From contig CM022673.1 of NCBI GenBank assembly GCA_012295275.1, positions 17,732,001 to 17,796,000 of the forward strand: a stretch of DNA of 64,000 nt, given 5' to 3'. A model generated the notes under the pieces. The model was not told the origin of the DNA. It was given only the letters and a program-made list of their open reading frames with translations, and did no database searches. Below are positions 58,679-64,000 of the stretch, piece after piece. Position 1 is the stretch's first letter. Each line of letters starts with the position of its first letter. The stretch is from Chrysomallon squamiferum (Eukaryota > Animalia > Mollusca). A program made the translations under genes and the position numbers.

Positions 58679-60202
58679 TAACAATAACAATAGCAGTAAC
58701 AATTGAAAAATAACAGTAATGAATAAACAACAAATAAACGAACGAACGAACATACACACAGGAAAAAAAGAAAAAAAAAAAGAAATAAAAAGAAAAAATG
58801 AAAAATAAATAACATAAAAATAAAATGTGCAAGAAAAAGAATCTAATATTAACTGTATTATTGATAATCATTACAGCAGGGCTATCAAATTACAGATAAT
58901 CTATACTTCTTAATCCTTGTTTCCGAAATTACTGTTAATAGGTGTTTATAATAAGAAATTATGACTTTTTAATCGTTTTACAAGTTCCGTTGTTGTTTAT
59001 CCTGAAAAAATATTTAAAAAAAAAAAAAAAAAAAATCTAAAAAACGGAGTGAGACGATAGACAATTATAATAAACTATAATAAAATGTTTTTAATTATTA
59101 AATTTCACGAGTAAAACTACAAGAAAATTAATATTCAGTGAAATCGCTAAAATAAAATTAAGTAAAATAATAAAATAATAATATTAATAAAACCCCGACA
59201 CTTTTGCTAATAAGATGTATGCCAATTGATTTGTTTCTGTTTGATTTTGTTTTCTATTTTTTATGATTTCATTTAATTTTATTTTAGTTTCACTGTTTTA
59301 CTTTATGTGTGTGTGTATGCGTGTGTGTTTGTACCGTAATTATATTATTAGTAATATTTTGGTTGTTGCTGTTCTTACTATTGTTGTTGTTATTTATTTA
59401 TGTATTTGTTTTTTGTTTGATTTTTAGTGTCAAGGAAGCAAATGTAGAACACATAAAAACAGAAACAAAAATGTCAGCGAAGGTGAAAATCGGAGAGCGA
59501 CAGGAAAGGGGCAATTAAGATGATCTGTGGCACTAGAACATTAACGATCCAGAAACAAAAATCGAACCGTACGACGACAGCAACCACTACAGCCTGCGAG
59601 TGCTTGATGAACAACGCCAATTAGGCTTGTTGATCGAAGTTTGGGATGGACACACTGTAGGGACAACAGAGATGTTTTTAGACCAGAGACACAACGACAC
59701 GAGTAACTACAGAAAACAGTCATTAGTGGCCGCAAAGAGTTCTTTATATTGTACAAGAATACGTACTGAAGTCTGTATAAGATCGTTTTGTTTGTTTGTT
59801 TTTCATTTTTGTAATGAAAACTGGGTTCAGCCTATGACAGGAAGCTTTCTAATAAAATATAAGTTTGACGTTTTGGTGTCTGTCTGTTTGTTGCGTGTGT
59901 TGTTGTTTTTTGTTGTTGTTGTTTTTGTTTTTTGGTTTTTTTTGTTGTTGTTTTTTTGCTGTGAATAAGTTCTGGAAAACCGGCTTTTGTTTATTAGTAC
60001 TCGTTAACATGCACTTAACTGTGTTAATGAGTCTTGTAGAGATAAGTCACATTTGTTGTTTTGTGTGCTGAAGATCAGAGATTGGTAGAAAGTGGGGGAA
60101 AAGAACAAATACGAACACACACAGATTTTGAATATACTCAAACAGAGATGGAAGGTGAAACAGCATCAGCGAGAAAGTGGGAGATATAAAGAACAAAAGA
60201 TG

Positions 60203-60277
<75 letters not shown>

Positions 60278-63200
60278 GTTAGTATTCTTCAATTTTCTTT
60301 CTTTTCTTACTTCATCGCAGTCTGTTACCCGTGATTTATGGCCATTCTCTGATCTAAATCTTCCGCTAATCCCCGAGACGTTATCAACAATACGTTTTAA
60401 ACAAAAGCAATTTGATCGACACCCAGTAACGACAACGCAGTGACGTTTGACGGCAGGCCGTGACGATTGACGGCAGCAGTTTCCTTTCGGACGACTAGAG
60501 CAGAAGTTAAATGTCGTAAATGATCAGTCCGGAACGGACATGTACAGTCCTAACAAGCCCCAAATTACAAGAATCAACGAAAGCGATTCTGGATTTCCTT
60601 TTGGCCAAGATTGTCACATCAAATTATGAACGTCGTTTGAAAATTTGCGACAAGTTAATAAGCACGACTGTCACAACGGCGGACGTGCCGGGTCTGTTGA
60701 CTGGCTGTAATTGCTAGGTGGGCAGCAAAGCGGACTGTTTCCGTCATCGCGTGTACACTACGTCATTCATTACGACGACGGCTTCCACAGACTACGCTTT
60801 GTGTTCATATCAAACTAAAAGACAGCTACAAATAACGAAGCAAGCAACACAAGAATTTGTACATGTCAGACTTAGATGCAGAACTTGTTATGCTGCTTTG
60901 AGGGTCAGTCAAGATCAAAACAACCCAGAATCAGAGATTTTATTATCATTAAATCAACCAGACGAAAATTACACAGCCACAGCATGTGTAAACATTGCTC
61001 TCGTGGGCACAGACATATCCAAGTGTATGTACAGATGCATGGATGTATGAACATATGAACATATGTGACACGCTGTATGCATTTGTGTCGATACATAAAA
61101 TTAAATACGTTTTCTAAAAATTCCAATAAAATAAAGAAATTGTTTAAATTTAACCTATGATCATTTTTAAACCGCAGAAAGAGCAAATGCATGTATTTGA
61201 AGTAAAGAAAAATAAGATCTGTGCGAACAAAGTTATATATGTTTATTTTGTCAAGAAGATATATATGTTAAAAACAAAAATAGATCAATCAGCATTAGCC
61301 AGTGTTTTGTGATCATGCTCGTTAATGTCTGACATAACACACAGCCAATGACATCTGAAAATGAAACGAGAGCAGGGATGCGTCGAAAATACCTCCGACT
61401 TAGTTACAGCAATTAACTAACCCAATTAACTATATTTCTGATTTAACGAAACTTTACAACGAGGTCATTAAAAAGTTGCTTTTTGCTCAGATGACAATCA
61501 TCCTGTCAAACGGTTTAAAGAAAAACAGATTTTAAAAATCTTGACGCTAATGGCTGAAATGTCGTCTGCCAGTTTTCACGAGATTTTATGAAGGTAATTT
61601 TTTTTTTTTCTCTCTCTGACTGATCAACAAACCTGAACGTGATTGTTAAATTTTCAAACTTGTTTTATGACCGCAACGGCCTTTTTTCTTCTCCTACATT
61701 TTTTTTTTTTTTTTTTTTTTTTGCTAACGAATCTAATATATGAACCATAATTAGGCGATATAGATTTTTCCTCGTTTCATACGTGAAAATAATGTCTCGG
61801 ATTTTCGTTATTTTCCTATATTTCTGTCCTGCGGATTTTCTTAATGACGACTTTGGGAAGACGGTGTATATTATGTGATCAATACTTTCTTCACAAACAA
61901 ACCACCAGCGTTTATGTCATGTCGCAGGTGTGCTGTTTGTGCAAAGTGGTATAATTTGCCGAACACGCAAACATAACGAAGATCATCTTAATCGTAGTCC
62001 TCTCTCTCATTAGATAACTCAGTTTGCGGGCTTTGTTCTCGGGTCTCTCTAAGTACAAAGTAGACCCAAATTAGCCAGGTATTTTTCAGGTGAAACGAGA
62101 AAAGAAAAAGAAAAGAAACGTAACAAAACGGCAATACGGTTAAGAGACAAAAGCAAGACACAGCATAGCAAGGGTATGAAGTGACGCAGGATTGTTTGAG
62201 TGGGTAGGTTTACAAGATGGATTATAAGATAGGCTGGTAGCATTACAAGATAGTTTGGTAGGGTTAATGGTAAGCATGGTAAGTTATTAAAATTGTTGGG
62301 GTAGGTTGGGTAGTAAGATGATAAAAGTATAGGAATGGAAAGAATGAAAGATTGTAACACATTAGAACTGTGAGGAATGTAAGAGAACTACTATTCGTTC
62401 CTGCTGAAGAAAAGGTAAAAAGAACAAGAAACAACAAAAATTAACTTTCGGCTACAACAAATAAAATAACAGTCTTTGTGCAACTTAAAAACAGTAGCAA
62501 GAAAACAAAAACAACTACTAAAATTCTTAACATAGATTATTTGCATATAGATATCAAAGTCTAAAATTCTTCTGCATTTTGTTTTCGTTTTGTCAGTTAT
62601 TGACTCCCGAGTATTTTATGTATACACACATTTAAATACTCTTTAACATATGAAGTTATTTAACACATTAGTTCAGTACACAAACTTAAATACTCTTTAA
62701 TATATTAAATTATTTAACACATTAATTCACTGACATTTACAACTCTTGAAGCATGATATAAACACATATATAATTCATAATCTATACCATACACAAACGT
62801 AGTTAACACATTTACTCTGCCGCATATGATTGATAGGCGAGAAGTAATTAACAGTGACCACTGGTCAGAGATCAATTATTTTATCAATATCCATAACCAT
62901 GTTATTTTATATATATATATATACCTCATACTTACCTGTGAAAACTGGGTCAGTGGTAATTGTCGGATTTTTAACACCATGGAATTATCTTTGTCAAGAG
63001 ACAGAGGATGGTAGATCTCTTACAGAGAAATACGTTCTGGAAACAAAGTCTTTTCTTAAGTTATCGGATTTCAGAAGGATTCACCAACACCATAATAATA
63101 GATGCTGGAAACTAGTGAAATATCTAAATTAAAATCACACACATACACGCACACACACACCAACATACACACATACACATACATTTATACTAAACACGAT

Positions 63201-64000
63201 TACAATGACACTGAAATCTGGCGCTTTCAAAATTTTATTTCAACAAAAATCTCTTTTTTAAAAAAGCATTCACTATTATTTTCTTACTGATTGTTAAAAA
63301 ACTTCAGTTTTTATTACTAATTGTTTTCGTTTATTAATTTTAAACTGAGTTGACTTTTCTGATTTCATTAGATTTACTCCTGAAAATAAAATTAAAGATT
63401 ATTTTATAAAAATATAAAAATGAACTTTTTATTTGCTTTTTTTTTTTTTTTTTTTCCCCTAGATTTTTAAATGAAAATCAAAATAAGAAAACCGAGAAAT
63501 AGATCAAAGTGAAAAAAAAGTACACATTTCCGTGTATAAAAATATTAAAGACACAAAGAGAAGTTTATCGAGTTAAACATAGCTGACAATTTTCGATTAC
63601 TTCACTTGAGAAAGGTGTCATACCTCATTGTGTATCTGGCCTTAAATACGAATTATATATAATTTTCGTGGTTTATTCCTATGGACGTGTTGTCAGTCAA
63701 GTCTAAACACTGTCATGCGCGGCTTCCAATAACAAGCTTAGTGTTCGATCTCTCTAACTCTTGCTGCACGAGCTTTTATCTCGACTTAATGAAAGAATCC
63801 CCAGAGTTAGAGAAATATTTCGACACTTTTTTTTTCTAATTCTACTGTCCTGTGAACTAGCCTCGTGTTGTTGTATCGACCTCAGACAGTCGTGGGCCTG
63901 ACAGTCAGAAAGAGCTTTCGCCGCGGATCACCAAACAGGCCGCGGTACATCATCTTTTAAATTCTTTTCACAACTGACAAAGATTTTTCGAATCGTAAAC

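Noticed and set aside
62190-62320. G-skewed degenerate repeat, possible G-quadruplex
   Set aside because: G-runs are mostly GG and widely spaced; weak evidence
39000-64000. ORF-track entries with poly-L/Y/I/S/ER/CV content and short unique ORFs such as 59600-59968 and 60718-61050
   Set aside because: Microsatellite translations or no recognisable domain, and no phase-consistent exon chain

Overview
AT-rich, microsatellite-dense animal DNA, probably a lophotrochozoan or mollusc (inferred from composition and gene style only). Three spliced minus-strand genes were reconstructed by hand. (1) A kinesin-3 KIF28/KLP-6-like motor gene has 22 coding exons from the ATG at 16637 down to 953 (891 codons) and continues beyond the window start; its first intron is a U12-type AT-AC intron. 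(2) Tetraspanin A (24899->18687) has 8 exons and encodes 265 aa. (3) Its tandem paralogue tetraspanin B (37735->30515) has the same 8-exon layout, a GC-AG last intron and a damaged TM3 exon. The most striking feature is that each tetraspanin carries a ~1.7-2.2 kb, ~60-bp-unit minisatellite amplified from one of its own exon/intron junctions: 32 tandem donor copies in A and about 36 tandem acceptor copies in B. The region 39-64 kb has no recognisable coding exons and contains microsatellites, CpG-containing unique patches and a few orphan exon-like segments. Most ORF-track entries are microsatellite artefacts. All coordinates were counted manually.
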